DNA of 64,000 nt, from assembly GCA_964016885.1 (NCBI GenBank), contig OZ024756.1, positions 15,686,001 to 15,750,000 on the forward strand, in the 5' to 3' direction. Each line of letters starts with the position of its first letter. Positions within the stretch are counted from its first letter, which is position 1. This DNA is from Eledone cirrhosa (Eukaryota). Both the position numbers and the translations under genes were made by a program. Shown here one piece after another: positions 39,858-52,165 of this stretch. The notes beneath the pieces were generated by a model. That model did no database searches. It saw only the letters and a list, made by a program, of their open reading frames with translations, and was not told the DNA's origin.

Positions 39858-40641
39858 ATAGGGTGTATAACTAAAACCTAGAGAGAAGTGGGTGTATAAC
39901 TAAAAGCTAGAGTGAAGTGGGTGTATAACTAAAACCTAAAGTGAAGTGGGTGTATAACTAACAGCTACAGTGAAGTGGGTGTATAACTAAAAGCTAGAGT
40001 GAAGTGGGTGTATAACTAAAAGCTAGAGTGAAGTGGGTGTATAACTAAAAGCTAGAGTGAAGTGGGTGTATAATTATTAACAGCTACAGTGAAGTGGGTG
40101 TATAATTATTAACAGCTACAGTGAAGTGGGTGTATAACTAACAGCTACAGTGAAGTGGGTGTATAATTATTAACAGCTACAGTGAAGTGGGTGTATAATT
40201 ATTAACAGCTACAGTGAAGTGGGTGTATAATTATTAACAGCTACAGTGAAGTGGGTGTATAACTAACAGCTACAGTGAAGTGGGTGTATAACTAACAGCT
40301 ACAGTGAAGTGGGTGTATAACTAACAGTTACAGTGAAGTGGGTGTATAACTAACAGTTACAGTGAAGTGGGTGTATAACTAACAGTTACAGTGAAGTGGG
40401 TGTATAACTATTAACAGCTACAATGAAGTGGGTGTATAACTAACAGCCACAGTGAAGTGGGTGTATAAGTATTAACAGCTACAGTGAAGTGGGTGTATAA
40501 CTAACAGCTACAGTGAAGTGGGTGTATAAGTATTAACAGCTACAGTGAAGTGGGTGTATAACTAATAACAGCTATAGTGAAGTGTGTGTATAATTATTAA
40601 CAGCTACAGTGAAATGGGTGTATAACTAAGATGGGTGTATA
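39858..40641. repeat. 29-32-bp minisatellite, about 26 copies
   Basis: Unit GTGAAGTGGGTGTATAA(TTA)CTAACAGCTACA with length variants; abuts the exon 8 donor. Confidence 0.93.
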
Positions 40642-40646
40642 GTCAC

Positions 40647-40753
40647 CTTGAAAGGCACGGCAGCTTCTGTTAAGTGGACCATATTATACACACATGATGG
40701 TTCAAATGGAAGACCTGGGATTAATTCTGTGGTAGGTGATCGTTTCTTAGAAG
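40647..40753 (-). CDS. USP10: USP10 exon 8
   Basis: SKKRSPTTELIPGLPFEPSCVYNMV...FK; ttcag| and |gtgact. Confidence 0.9.
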
Positions 40754-43119
40754 CTGAAAAGATAAAATAATTGAAATGCATTAAAAACCCTTTCGTTACC
40801 ATATTCCTAACGAAAAAGACACTGCCTATGATTTAACCCTTTAGCATTTACACTATTCTATATTTACTATTATATCTCACATATCGAATCTATGAGACTT
40901 TGATAACAATACCTTAACATCAGTATGAGTGGCCAGTTACAGCTGGTTTGAACAGAAAGGCAAGAAAATTATGGCTGGATATGGCCGGTTTAAATAACCC
41001 TTTCGTTACCATATTTCTAACAAAAAAGACACTGCCTATGATTTAAAATAATGTTTTTAAATAATCAAGAATTTGGAAGGATTTAGTAATATAAATCAAT
41101 AATCTAGTGTATGGAACATAACTTAAACATCCTTACGTAAAATTATGATGAAAGGATGGAACTTTTAGAAAAAAATGTAAATACTAAACTTGCCAATGAA
41201 TCTTATTTTTTTAAATAAGAATTTAACCCTTTAGCATTTAAACTGGGTGAATCTGGCCAGAATTCTCTCATCTCTTTCAGTTCAAACTAGCTGAAACCAG
41301 CTACTTATACTTATGTTAAGGTATTGTTCTCAAAATAAATAATATCAAAATCTCATAGATTCGATACTATGTGAGATAATCTTATATAATAAAGTTGTAG
41401 TTCCTGCCTGTTTGTTTGTTCACAAACTCCTCCTATGGTTTTGGAGATAGACCCCCATAACCATATATATTCTGAAACTACATTGCCCAGGGTACTTGGA
41501 TAAGTATATTTCATTTTAATCAAAGGGTTCCCTAGGGGCACAAACCCCTGCTTGCCGCCGCTGAAAATGTTTTCCCTTCGATTTATATGAAATTTAAGCT
41601 ATAGGTAAACAACAAGATATGATGCCTATTCAGCAAATTTCAATAATATTAAGACACCCTAATAGGGGTTAAACCCACTATAGTGAAAATGCTGGAAGCC
41701 CATAACTTGAGTATTGGAACCTCTATTATCACTGGGTTTTTCTATTAATTAAACGTAAATCAACAAAAAAAAGCACCTCTCTTTTATCGTAAAATTTGGC
41801 TAATTTAGACATTTTATCTATGGCAAAACATCACTAGAATTATGACAACAAAAATTATTAGTTAATGCCTCTACTTTTTTAACATTTTCCTTTTATTTTT
41901 TCTCCATAAATTATATCACTGATTTAAAATCAATCATCATTTTCTCTTAAAAAAAGTGTGAAACGCAGCAAGGCGTGGGTAATTCGGATAGTTATGCAAG
42001 ATAAACCCTTTACAGCAAAAATACATGTGACAATCCAACCATTGCCAGCATGGGACATGGACCTGAAAATGACATCCAATGGTGACGATGAATATAGAGT
42101 ATGGGTAAAGACATCTTTTAGGCACAAACGACCATGGGATTTGCACCAAGACTGGGCCCCGTTGTTTGTGGAAGACCAGCTGTTGCCCAAGCATACCAGA
42201 CACCCCCTCTCCACACCACTGATGTTGTCCAAAGGAAAGGCAAAGACCGATACAGCTTGGCACCCGTGACTCACTTCTACAGCTGAGTAAATGGAGTAAC
42301 GTGAAATAAAGTGTCTTTACTCAAGGACAAAACCCACTGCCCAGTCCAGGAATTGAACTCACACCTGACAATTATAAGCCCAGCACTCTAAGCCATGAAT
42401 ATCATCATTTCCATTTAGCATCAATCCCTCCATGGGTCATCCATGCTGGGAAGCAAGGTTGGCCATGTCGCACCTTATTCCATCGAGGACGATAAATTTA
42501 GCAGGGTATGTCACAGCTGGATGCCCTTCCTGACACCAACCACATTTACAGTGTGAGACTGGATGGTTCCGTCATGAGGGACAACAGGCCAGTTGGCCAC
42601 ACCCAAAACCTCTCAAACGGAGCCATAGTTTAGGAGCCCGGCACTGATACAAGGAGCCTGACCCATCTCACAGCATAGCCAACGTTTTGGGGGCCCGGTT
42701 CTAGATAAGGAGGGACAGGTGAAGGGCCACAGTTTGGGAGCCTGGTGTTGGATATCATTATCATCAGCATTTTACATCCACTTTTCCCTGCTTGCAAGGG
42801 TGGGATGGAAACTGATTCTGGCTTGATTTCTACAGCTGGATGCCCTTCCTAACACCAACCTCATTTACAGTGAGTGCTGGGTGCTTTTTTGCCGTGGCAC
42901 CTCCACAACCACTTTGCAGTGGAATGATATGGACCCCAGTCCCTATCATCTCATTTCTACAGCTGAGTAAACTGGAGCAATGTGAAATAAAGTGTCTTGC
43001 TCAAGGAAACAACGCATCACCCGGTCTGAGAATTGAACTCACAACCTTTCGATTGCAAGCCCAATGCTCTAACCACTAAGCCATGTGATATATATATATA
43101 TATATATATTTATATTTAC

Positions 43120-43160
43120 CTGAATTTGGCATAGCACTGAACTCACTCATGAACTGAAAC
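43120..43160 (-). CDS. USP10: USP10 exon 7
   Basis: FQFMSEFSAMPNS; tgcag| and |gtaaat; phases consistent. Confidence 0.88.
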
Positions 43161-44122
43161 CTGCAAAACAATGAAATGAGATTTTCAGGAATATAAAATG
43201 TAAAGTTATTTTAACATCCTGAAATAATTTATCTGAACATTTACAATAAACTAAAATAAACACTGTAATGTGATGCAGTCAATACTGTTTTCTACTTTTC
43301 AAAAATGTTTTGCTAATATGGTTTCATAAAGATATTTTACAAGAATTTAGTTTTTAAAAAAAATCATAGGAGCCAATCACCAGATCAGATCAGAGAGTAT
43401 ACTGGAGCAATGTGAAATAAAGTGTTTTGCTCAAAAACACAACACACGACCCAGTCCAGGAATTGAACCCACAACACTATGATCATAAGTCCAACACCTT
43501 TACCCAGGGCCTATGAGAAGGGTGTCCAGCCGGTACTTTGTTCCGGGGCCCAAGAGCTAAGAAGACCGCACAGCAACCATGGAACATCCATTTTGAGAAA
43601 AATCTTGTAACGTCTTGCAAAAATTTCTCTGAGGCCTTGCCCTTACCACTAGGCCACTTGCCTCCACAATTTTGATAAAAAGTGATTGAAATTGAAGTGC
43701 AGAGAGCTGGAACAAGTAATGTAAATGCTAAAGGGTTAAAGTGTTTACATTTATCTAAAACTCCAGATATGACAAAGTTATATCACTAAATCCCTCCAAA
43801 TTTTCACCTGGAAAAATTATTTGTCTTTCATATGGTAACAAAAGAACAGAGTTAACCCTTACTCTATATTTCCTATTGTATTTTCACAGTAAACACTGTA
43901 TTTTATATATAATTATCTCACATATCAAATCTACAAGATTTTGATATTTATTTTGAGAACAATACTTAACATAAGTTTGAGCAACTGGTTTGAACAGAAA
44001 GAGGTGAGAGATTTCTGGTCAGATGTGGCTGGTTTAAATACTAAAGGGTTAAGGAACAAAAGAATAAAGTGAAAACTGTTTAACTCCAATTCAAGTAGAT
44101 ATGGCAGAAATGAAATACTTAC

Positions 44123-44232
44123 ATGGCATCTAGAACTGGTGTTGAGCTGGGACCACGTTGTTTAATTGACACAAGTGGCAAGTTTGTTATTAGGTGGTAA
44201 AAGGGTGGACAAGACAAGAGAGCCTGTAAGGT
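44123..44232 (-). CDS. USP10: USP10 exon 6
   Basis: TLQALLSCPPFYHLI...STPVLDAM; cag| acceptor, |gtaagt donor. Confidence 0.92.
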
Positions 44233-44936
44233 CTGATTGCATGGTTAAGGTAAAGAAAAACCAAACACACCTGGTAGATATTGTACAGAAGCTTGTCATA
44301 TAATAAAGCTGTTTGTACAAAAAAAAAAAGCCCAACACATTTCATAGATAGAAATTAACAGAAACCTGTCATATACACATATATATATATATATACACAC
44401 ACAGTATATAGTAGAGTAATAGTTGACCCCCTGTTTTTAGCCAAAAATCTGGAATTTTCCATAGACCTCATAAAAGACAACCATAGTGTTTCACGGATAA
44501 CTGGTCAACATTTGTAGATCAAGGTATCATCCAATACATAGAATTAACACTTTAGAAAAATTGTCGTGAATCTAAGGTAAATTTATATTATTGTAAATAC
44601 ATGTCTGAAACTAAAAATTTACCCAAAACGTGTACCATACATTATAGCAGAATGCTTGCTGCTTGTAGTAAAACACCATATAATAGCGAGCACTACACAT
44701 CTGTTGATGAGTGCTACATCCTCCTCATTACTAAAATGTATGCACAATATGTGCTGCAAGCCTGTAACCTTTATATTTTCCTCATTTCCACTTCTGCTAC
44801 TGATACAGTACTTTGGATTCTAGCTTGAATTTCAGGCCCCCTGAAAAGTAGTATCCATGTAACTGTCGACCTCATAAATTTAACCTTAAAAAATGGTCTT
44901 AAAAATTTGATTTTTACTCAAGTTTATACAGGATAA

Positions 44937-45031
<95 letters not shown>

Positions 45032-46404
45032 GTTCAAGGAGACAACAAACAGAGGTGCAAAAGTCTTATTAGTTTCACGCTTTATATTGGAAAGCGGAAA
45101 GACAGTTCAATGTGTCGGGCTTAGGCCCTTCTTCAGAAGTACAAAATAAGGTTCAGTAAAGACAACAAAAAATTGAAAATGAAGATTGAAAACAAGACAA
45201 GTGTTAGGTAGTCTTGGTAACGAGTTGGAAGTGGAGTGTGTGTGTATTAGTGTCGTTATATGTTTGAGTCTAAGTGTATGTTTAAACCTGTGTAAGTTTT
45301 AAAGGTATATTGTGTAAAGTAACAAAGATAGTGAGTGCAGGTGTATATCCATGTGTTAGTGGTAGTGGACGTGTATGTGTGTGTAAGTTTGAATGTGTGT
45401 AGTGTATATGTACATTGAAGTAATTTTGTGTGTGTGTGTGTGTGTATAAAGTATGTGACAGTGTTGTGTATGTCCAAGAGATGTGTGGATTTGTATGTGT
45501 GATGTATGATAAATTTTAACGTGTTTCTCATCATTTCATTTTACGTCTGCTTTTTCCCTGCTTGCAAGGGTGGGACGGGAACTGATTCTGGCTTGATTTC
45601 TACAGCTGGATGCCCTTCCTAACACCAACCTCATTTACAGTGAGTGCTGAGTGCTTTTTTGCCGTGGCACCTCCACGACCACTTTGCAGTGGAATGATAT
45701 AGACCCCAGTCCCTATCATCTCATTTCTACAGCTGAGAAATGTGCAATGGAGCAATGTGAAATAAAGTGTCTTGCTCAAGGAAACAACACATCACCCGGT
45801 CTGAGAATTGAACTCACAACCTTTCAATTGCAAGGCCAATGCTCTAACCACTAAGCCATGTGCCTCCATTTTATATGAATTCAAATATGTATATATTTGT
45901 ATATATGTGTCATTAGTTTTGTTTTGTTATTTCTGTTTACCATTTACATACATACAGATCATCATCATCATTGTTTAACATCTAACTTCCACGCTAATAT
46001 GGGTTGGATGGGTTTGTCCCACCTGGGGCGAGATTGGTCGGGAGACCGTGTTTTGCTCGTACATAGCTGTTCCTGGCAGGTTTTTTTATGTCCTTGAGCA
46101 AGACACTATATATAAATGTATATATCATTTTACTGTTTTCAGTCATTAGCCTGAAATCATGCTGGGGCAGCACCATAAAGAAGAGATTTGGCAAATCATG
46201 TCAAACTCTAGTACTTATTTTTATTGATCCTTTTTTGTCAAACCACTAAGTTATGGGACACACATGTAAACACAGAACTGAAACAATCTTGCTCAAGGAC
46301 ACAGCCACTGCAGAAATCCAACTCACAACCTTATGATTGTGAGTCCAAACCACCACGCCACTAAACACTAAACTTTTCAATGATAACTATAGTAGAAAGG
46401 ATAC
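44233..46404 (-). other. U12-type (minor spliceosome) GT-AG intron of USP10
   Basis: Donor GTATCCTTT; branch site TACCTTAAC about 12 nt before CAG; no long pyrimidine tract between branch and AG. Confidence 0.9.
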
Positions 46405-46496
46405 AGCATTGATATAACACCAGTTGCCTTTGTTGTTGAGTGCCCGGGGTTGTAGGGATACAGATCGGTAGACCAAATTCACATCTTTTAGAGCAG
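46405..46496 (-). CDS. USP10: USP10 exon 5 (Cys box)
   Basis: [19 protein letters not shown] with the catalytic Cys; donor GTATCCTTT. Confidence 0.95.
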
Positions 46497-48300
46497 CTAA
46501 ATTTAAAAAGAAACAAAAACAATTAACATTATACCACCGGAATAGATATTTCAAGGGTCAATTTCTCCTGTACTAGCAAGGGTTAGTTTTGTCAGCCCTG
46601 TAGCAAGCTTCTCCATTTTGCCCTAACCTCTACAGCATAAGCCTCGCCCCATTGCTTTCATTTCCCCCTCTATCATCCTTAGCTATATCTTTCTAGGTCT
46701 TTTCCTCCCTCTACTTTCCTGCCCTTTTACCCTCCAGTAACTTTCATCCTTCCTCAACACATGACCCAGCCATCTCATTCTTTTTCTCTTCACTTGATTA
46801 GCATCAACATCTGTAATTCATCATTTTCCTTTCAATCAGCGATACTTTGCTCATTCACCAAACTATTCCATTTCCATTCTTTCCAGTCTTCTCTGCTGCT
46901 CCATGTTAACCCTTTAGTGTTCAAACCGCCCGAAAACACCCACACTAAAAAATTGTTCTAAAAATAAACAAACCATCATCAAAATCTCGTCAATTCGAGA
47001 CTGCTGCGAGATTAGGCCTTTACCGCGAAAATTAACACTTAATATGGGGAAACAACTTGAAACAACAAGTGTTTTTTTTTACTTTGAAAGTGCAACAAAT
47101 TTTATTTAATTGTATCAACATGGCTTACGAAAGTAGCGATACCGACTTTGAAGTTTTTACACACGACATTCAGAATAAACAAGAAACAAACGATAATATT
47201 AGTGATTTATCTTCAAATGAATCTGATGTTTATATTTCTGAAATTTCGTCCGACGGTGATTATTGTTTTGAAAGTGAAAATGAAGGAGACTCGAGGGCGC
47301 CATTGAAAATATTTCAGCAACATGGTTGAAAAATACCACACCAATATATGTTCCTGATTTTATTCAAATTACTGGTCCACAACACATGTTAGCTCACGAT
47401 GCTAAAGCACTGGATTATTTCTTTTTGTTTTTACCACAAACTTTCTTCGAAGTTAAAATTCTTCTTCGAAGAATAAAATGGCAGAAGAGATTAATCAATA
47501 TGCCCAACAAACAGATTTCAAATCGAGGAAAACCCGATCTGTTATGGCGACCGACAGATGCTGCAGAAATGTGAGCATTTTTTACCGTAAATATTACATT
47601 CGGTATAAAGCAATTTCCAAGACTGGAATTATTGGAACACTGATATAAGGTTTAGTGATTCTTATATATCAAGTATTATGCTGAAAACAACGTATTTAAA
47701 ATTAAACCAGTATTTGCACCTGGTTGATACTTCAAATGCTCCTATTAATTAATTTCACCTGCCCATAAAAATCAAATTTGACCAAAAAAATCAGGTAAAA
47801 TTATATAATTGTAAATTATTGATATTTAAACATCTACTGACAAAATTTCAAGTCTGCACATAGAAAATTAAGAAAATTATAAACAAATAAAATTGATAAC
47901 CCTCTTGAGTACGATTAACTGAAAATAATTGTTTCTACTTTAGGCACAAGGCCAACAATTACCCAGTGCATTACTGGTACTTTATTTTATCGACCCTGTA
48001 AGGATGAAAGGCAAAGTAAACCTCGGCGGGATTTGAACTCAGACCGTAAAGGGATTAACTGAAAATAATGCGAATGCTAAAGGGTTAATACCCATGTCTC
48101 ACTTCCATAAATCATGGTACTTCTCACACATGCAGCCTACATGTTTCCCTTCAGTTTCAATGACACTCCCCTCCACAGTTTGCAGAACTTCTATGCCTAT
48201 CTCACTGAAGCTAACATCACAGAATCCAATCCATGTCTCCTAGATAATAAAATACTTTCACAGAAGAGGTGAAAATAACAGAAAAACCTAAAACACTTGC
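46497..48300 (-). other. GC-AG intron of USP10
   Basis: AG|GCAAGT donor gives phase 1 and joins KIG-A-ALKD in register with the homologous protein; the nearest GT is out of phase. Confidence 0.8.
46906..48088 (+). mobile_element. Internally deleted piggyBac element with transposase N-terminal remnant
   Basis: TTAA-CCCTTTAG...CTAAAGGG-TTAA; frameshifted PGBD-like peptides (acidic N-terminus, ALDYFFLFLP, WRPTDAAEM, YLHLVD) at about 47120-47740. Confidence 0.8.
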
Positions 48301-49818
48301 CTCCAATCTTCATCGCCATGGGGTCGTCATCAATGGGAACACGTTTTTGAAGCTGTGGTGTCGGAGTTGAATCTCGTTCTGGGCTTGGTTTCGGCCCTGT
48401 ACCTATTGCACCTCTGTCGACAGATGCTGGAGAGGATGCACGTTTAGAAAGAGTCAGCTCATCGTTCCTGTCCGATGTTCCACAGTATACAACAATACTC
48501 TTTAATGTAGTCTCAGTGTTTCTGAACAGACCAGCCCAAGACTTCACCTTGGGAAGTTGTGGAGTTGGAGAAATATCTTTGTCTTTAGCCTGGCTAACAA
48601 ATGTCTCCACACTCTCTGTTGAGCTCACACTGTCTGCATCTTTTGTCACATCAACAGTCGGTGTCCGTGACTCACATTCTAAACTATTCGCTACATCTTC
48701 CCCAGCAACTGTTGAACTCTCAACAATAGGCTCGCTATTTTCAGTAGATATTGTTGTCGTTCCCTTCACAGCACCAGCAGCAGACACAGTTACAACACTA
48801 CTTTCGTTCACCAAACAACTATCTACTACATCAACCGGCTCGTCAACCTGGTTGCTAAGTTTGTGTGATTGGTCATCACTGGCCTGGTTCTGCAGCTTGC
48901 TGCCAACGTTGTTGTCATGGTGGTTGTGGTGGTCTGAAGATGAAGTCGTCGTTGGGAGTGGTTTATCTTTAGATTCACTGCTGCTCAGTGAGTTTGCAGT
49001 ATCAGATGACAACCCCTGCCCAGTCTCGTTACCGTTGCGTCTTTGATCAGGAAAGGTTATTACATAATGGTCATTCTGTAGCTTCAACTGTAAGTTGTCA
49101 TTAGGAAGAATGCCGTTGCCAGAGATTTCAGAGTCAAAGAAGCTTATTGTTTCCAACATTTGGGTCTCGGCTTCTATAGATTTTTCTAGATTTCCAGAAG
49201 GCACATTATCACAGTCTGGCTTGGCCTGACCACTTTTCTGCATCGTGTTAATACCAGTCGGCTCAACTTTATCAAGTCCACAGCAATTCTTCAGTTGCAC
49301 TTTCTTGTGGGCCTGCCTAACATTCTTGGCGTCCCCAGATTTTGTAACCCCTACCTCAGAAGTTCTCACTTCCGGTACGTGGTTCTCCTCACACAATTTG
49401 CTATTTTCTTTCACTGCAGCAGTTGGTGATGCAGTGGGGAGCACACTTGCTTTGGGCACCGCAACCACTGGGGGTGGCAATACAGCGTCGCCGCTGGCAA
49501 CTGCCACTGGTGATGTGTCGGAAGCAGGGGCTATGAAGTCATGGTTCACCACAGCCACGTTGATGGGGATCATACCAGGAGGGGGCCCAACCACTGCAGC
49601 TGCTCTGTTTATTGGAGGTTGAGGAAGGTTAACTGCTGTCACTGCTGCTGCAGGGGGTGGTGTAAACACTAGAGGTACCAGTGGAGATTGGAAAATAGCC
49701 CCTCCATGAGGGATGTGCGGAACAGGTCCTGTGCGTGGGTAAAGAGTAGCGACAGGAACTACAGATGGAGGTAGTGGAGGTGGACTACCATTGTAGGCTT
49801 CATAAGGAACCACATCAT
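48301..49818 (-). CDS. USP10: USP10 exon 4 (large Pro/Ser/Thr-rich disordered region)
   Basis: Inside the 548-aa ORF; acceptor ttccag|; contains KSWAGLF (USP10 KSWASLF-like) and DPMAMKIG; ends at GC donor AG|gcaagt. Confidence 0.9.
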
Positions 49819-50869
49819 CTGGAAAGATAAACACACAAAACATTAATTCTTAACAACTTGGAGTGATTTTTATCTATTTATCTATCTTCAGCCTTGGAAA
49901 GTTTGTTGTTGGGCATAGGAATTTAGCAGAAAATACATGAATATCATCTAAAAAGTATCTTTACAAGTGGACAGCTTGAGAAACTTTGCAATATTAGACT
50001 AAAGATTTTCATTTTTAATGTGATGCAGTCGTCCAACCATCTTACTCAGGATCTACCGTTGGGTCTGCTGTCGGTTGGTTTTGTTCATAAAATCTGTCCA
50101 GCAATTCTTTTCTGCTTGGCGACCAAGCCAGATTAATTGGAGAGAGTTGCTTCCAACAGGACCTGCTGGAAAGCTCTTTTGAAGACTGCTGTCACGACAC
50201 TCCCAGGAATAAGTGGGCAAATAAGAAGAATGTGATGCAGTCAGTTTTTTCTCAAGATGTTGCATAGGCGAAGCAGTTAACTGACTCTTAACACCCTGTA
50301 ATGATTTAGCAGGAAATTTCTAAAAATAGCATTATTAATTCAGATGTTTATAATAAACGCTATGTAATCCGCAAGCCATGTCACTCGCCGTGATGAACCT
50401 GCTGGTAGATTGCTCCTCTGGACTCCAAATATAAAGAGACAAGTTGGCCAGCAATATATCACCTTGAATTTAATCATTGAGATGGACACAGTCCTCAAAG
50501 GAACAGATCTGTGTGCTGTAATGGTCGACCAAGGACTCTGAAGCTCGAACTATGTCAGTGCTCCACCATGGCCTCAAGGCATTGGATAAGACACAACAAG
50601 AGTAATAATGTTTATTATAGTATCATTATGTAATAGCCTTGTGTTTATTAGCAAACAAATCCTTGTGAAAATTTGCAGTATTGGGACTAAAAACTTGAAT
50701 TTCTAATAGGATGTAGTCACAGTACTTTTTTTATACTTTTCTAGAACATCTCTAGTGTAACTTCATGTGGTACAGGACGTTAAGAGTCACCAAAGGTTTT
50801 GGTCTATTATATATAACTTTGCAAGCAAATTAAATTATCAAACAAGCCATAATAATTAATAGAACTTAC

Positions 50870-50903
50870 CAGCTAGAAGAGATCCATCTTTATCCCATGG
50901 AAA
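50870..50903 (-). CDS. USP10: USP10 exon 3
   Basis: atttcag|TTTCCATGG...G|gtaag; 34 nt, FPWDKDGSLLA; bridges phase 0 to phase 1. Confidence 0.75.
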
Positions 50904-52057
50904 CTGAAATAGAAAGAAAAAATCTTAACCCCTACCATTACTATATTTCAAAGAAAGACACTACCTATGTTTTAACCCCTTCCATTACCATATTTCAAAT
51001 AAAAGACACTACCTATGTCTTTAACCCTTTCATTTCCATATTTCTGATGAAAGACACTGCCCGTCTTAACCCCTTTTATTACTATATTTCAAATGAAAAA
51101 CTATGCCTTAACCCTTTAGCATTTAAATTGGCTGTATCCGGCCGGAATTCTCTCACCTCTTTCTGTTCAAACCAGCCACAACTGGCCACTCATACTGATG
51201 TTAAGGTATTGTTCTCAAAATAAATATCAAAATCTCATAGATTCGATATTATGTGAAAATGGAAATACAATAGTAAATATAGAGTAATGTAAAGGTTAAA
51301 GAGTTAAACTCATTTTGTTACCATATTTCTGATGAAAGACATTACCTCTTAAGATTTCCAAATCCTTTTGAAAATAATCAAACAGCTGGAGTCAGTAATA
51401 TAACTTTCTGATTATTAAGCAGGTGTTTGGAACATAACTTAACCAAAGTTCTTATCTAAAATCCTTCCATTATAGTTTTATGTAACTATAAACACTTTAA
51501 TTACCATGATTTCTCATGAAATATGCTGTATTGGCATTAATTAATGAAGAATTTGAAGGGTTTTACTCTAAGTAATTATTTCATTATTACAATAGTAGTT
51601 TTAAAAATTATAAAGGTTCTTATATCAAGTTATAATGTTGGCAAATTGGTAGGGTCGTTAGAATGTTAGATAAAAAGCTTTGTGGTATTTGTTTCGTATC
51701 TCTGCTATCTGAGTTCAAATCACATTGAGGTCAACTTTACCTTTCACCCTTTTGTGGTCGATAAAAAAAAAAGCACCTGTTTAGTACTGGGGTTAATTCT
51801 TCCTCTATATCACTTTCTCACTTCCTTTGGAAGTAATATGCTGTACTTATAGCTAGAGAGAAGATGGGCTCTGCCAGGTTTTAAATGCACCCCTACGACT
51901 CCATCGGGTGTTACCATACCATATCGAGTTTATATTAGATTTTAACTTAAATAAGAACCCTTTTAAAATGTATGGTTCTGTTTCATAGAATCAAGGGAAG
52001 GTTTTTGGGTAGGGTGGTGTCAAAAGGATTAATGCTTCAGAGAAACTGATGGCTTAC

Positions 52058-52165
52058 TTCTATTTTCTTCTGCCCAGATTCCACATTTGCTCCATGCAAT
52101 ATATGTTGGACCACATTCTGTTCATCTGGAGGTAAACCACTAAAGTCACCAAATGAGTAGTTCTC
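52058..52165 (-). CDS. USP10: USP10 exon 2 with FGDF G3BP-binding motif
   Basis: ttttcag|...|gtaag; 108 nt; ENYSFGDFSGLPPDEQNVVQHIL... Confidence 0.85.

Noticed and set aside
30430-40641. Regular 29-47-bp repeats resembling CRISPR arrays
   Set aside because: Head-to-tail units with no unique spacers, no cas genes, eukaryotic intronic context
48516-49622. Plus-strand ORFs of 176 and 125 aa
   Set aside because: Antisense shadows of USP10 exon 4
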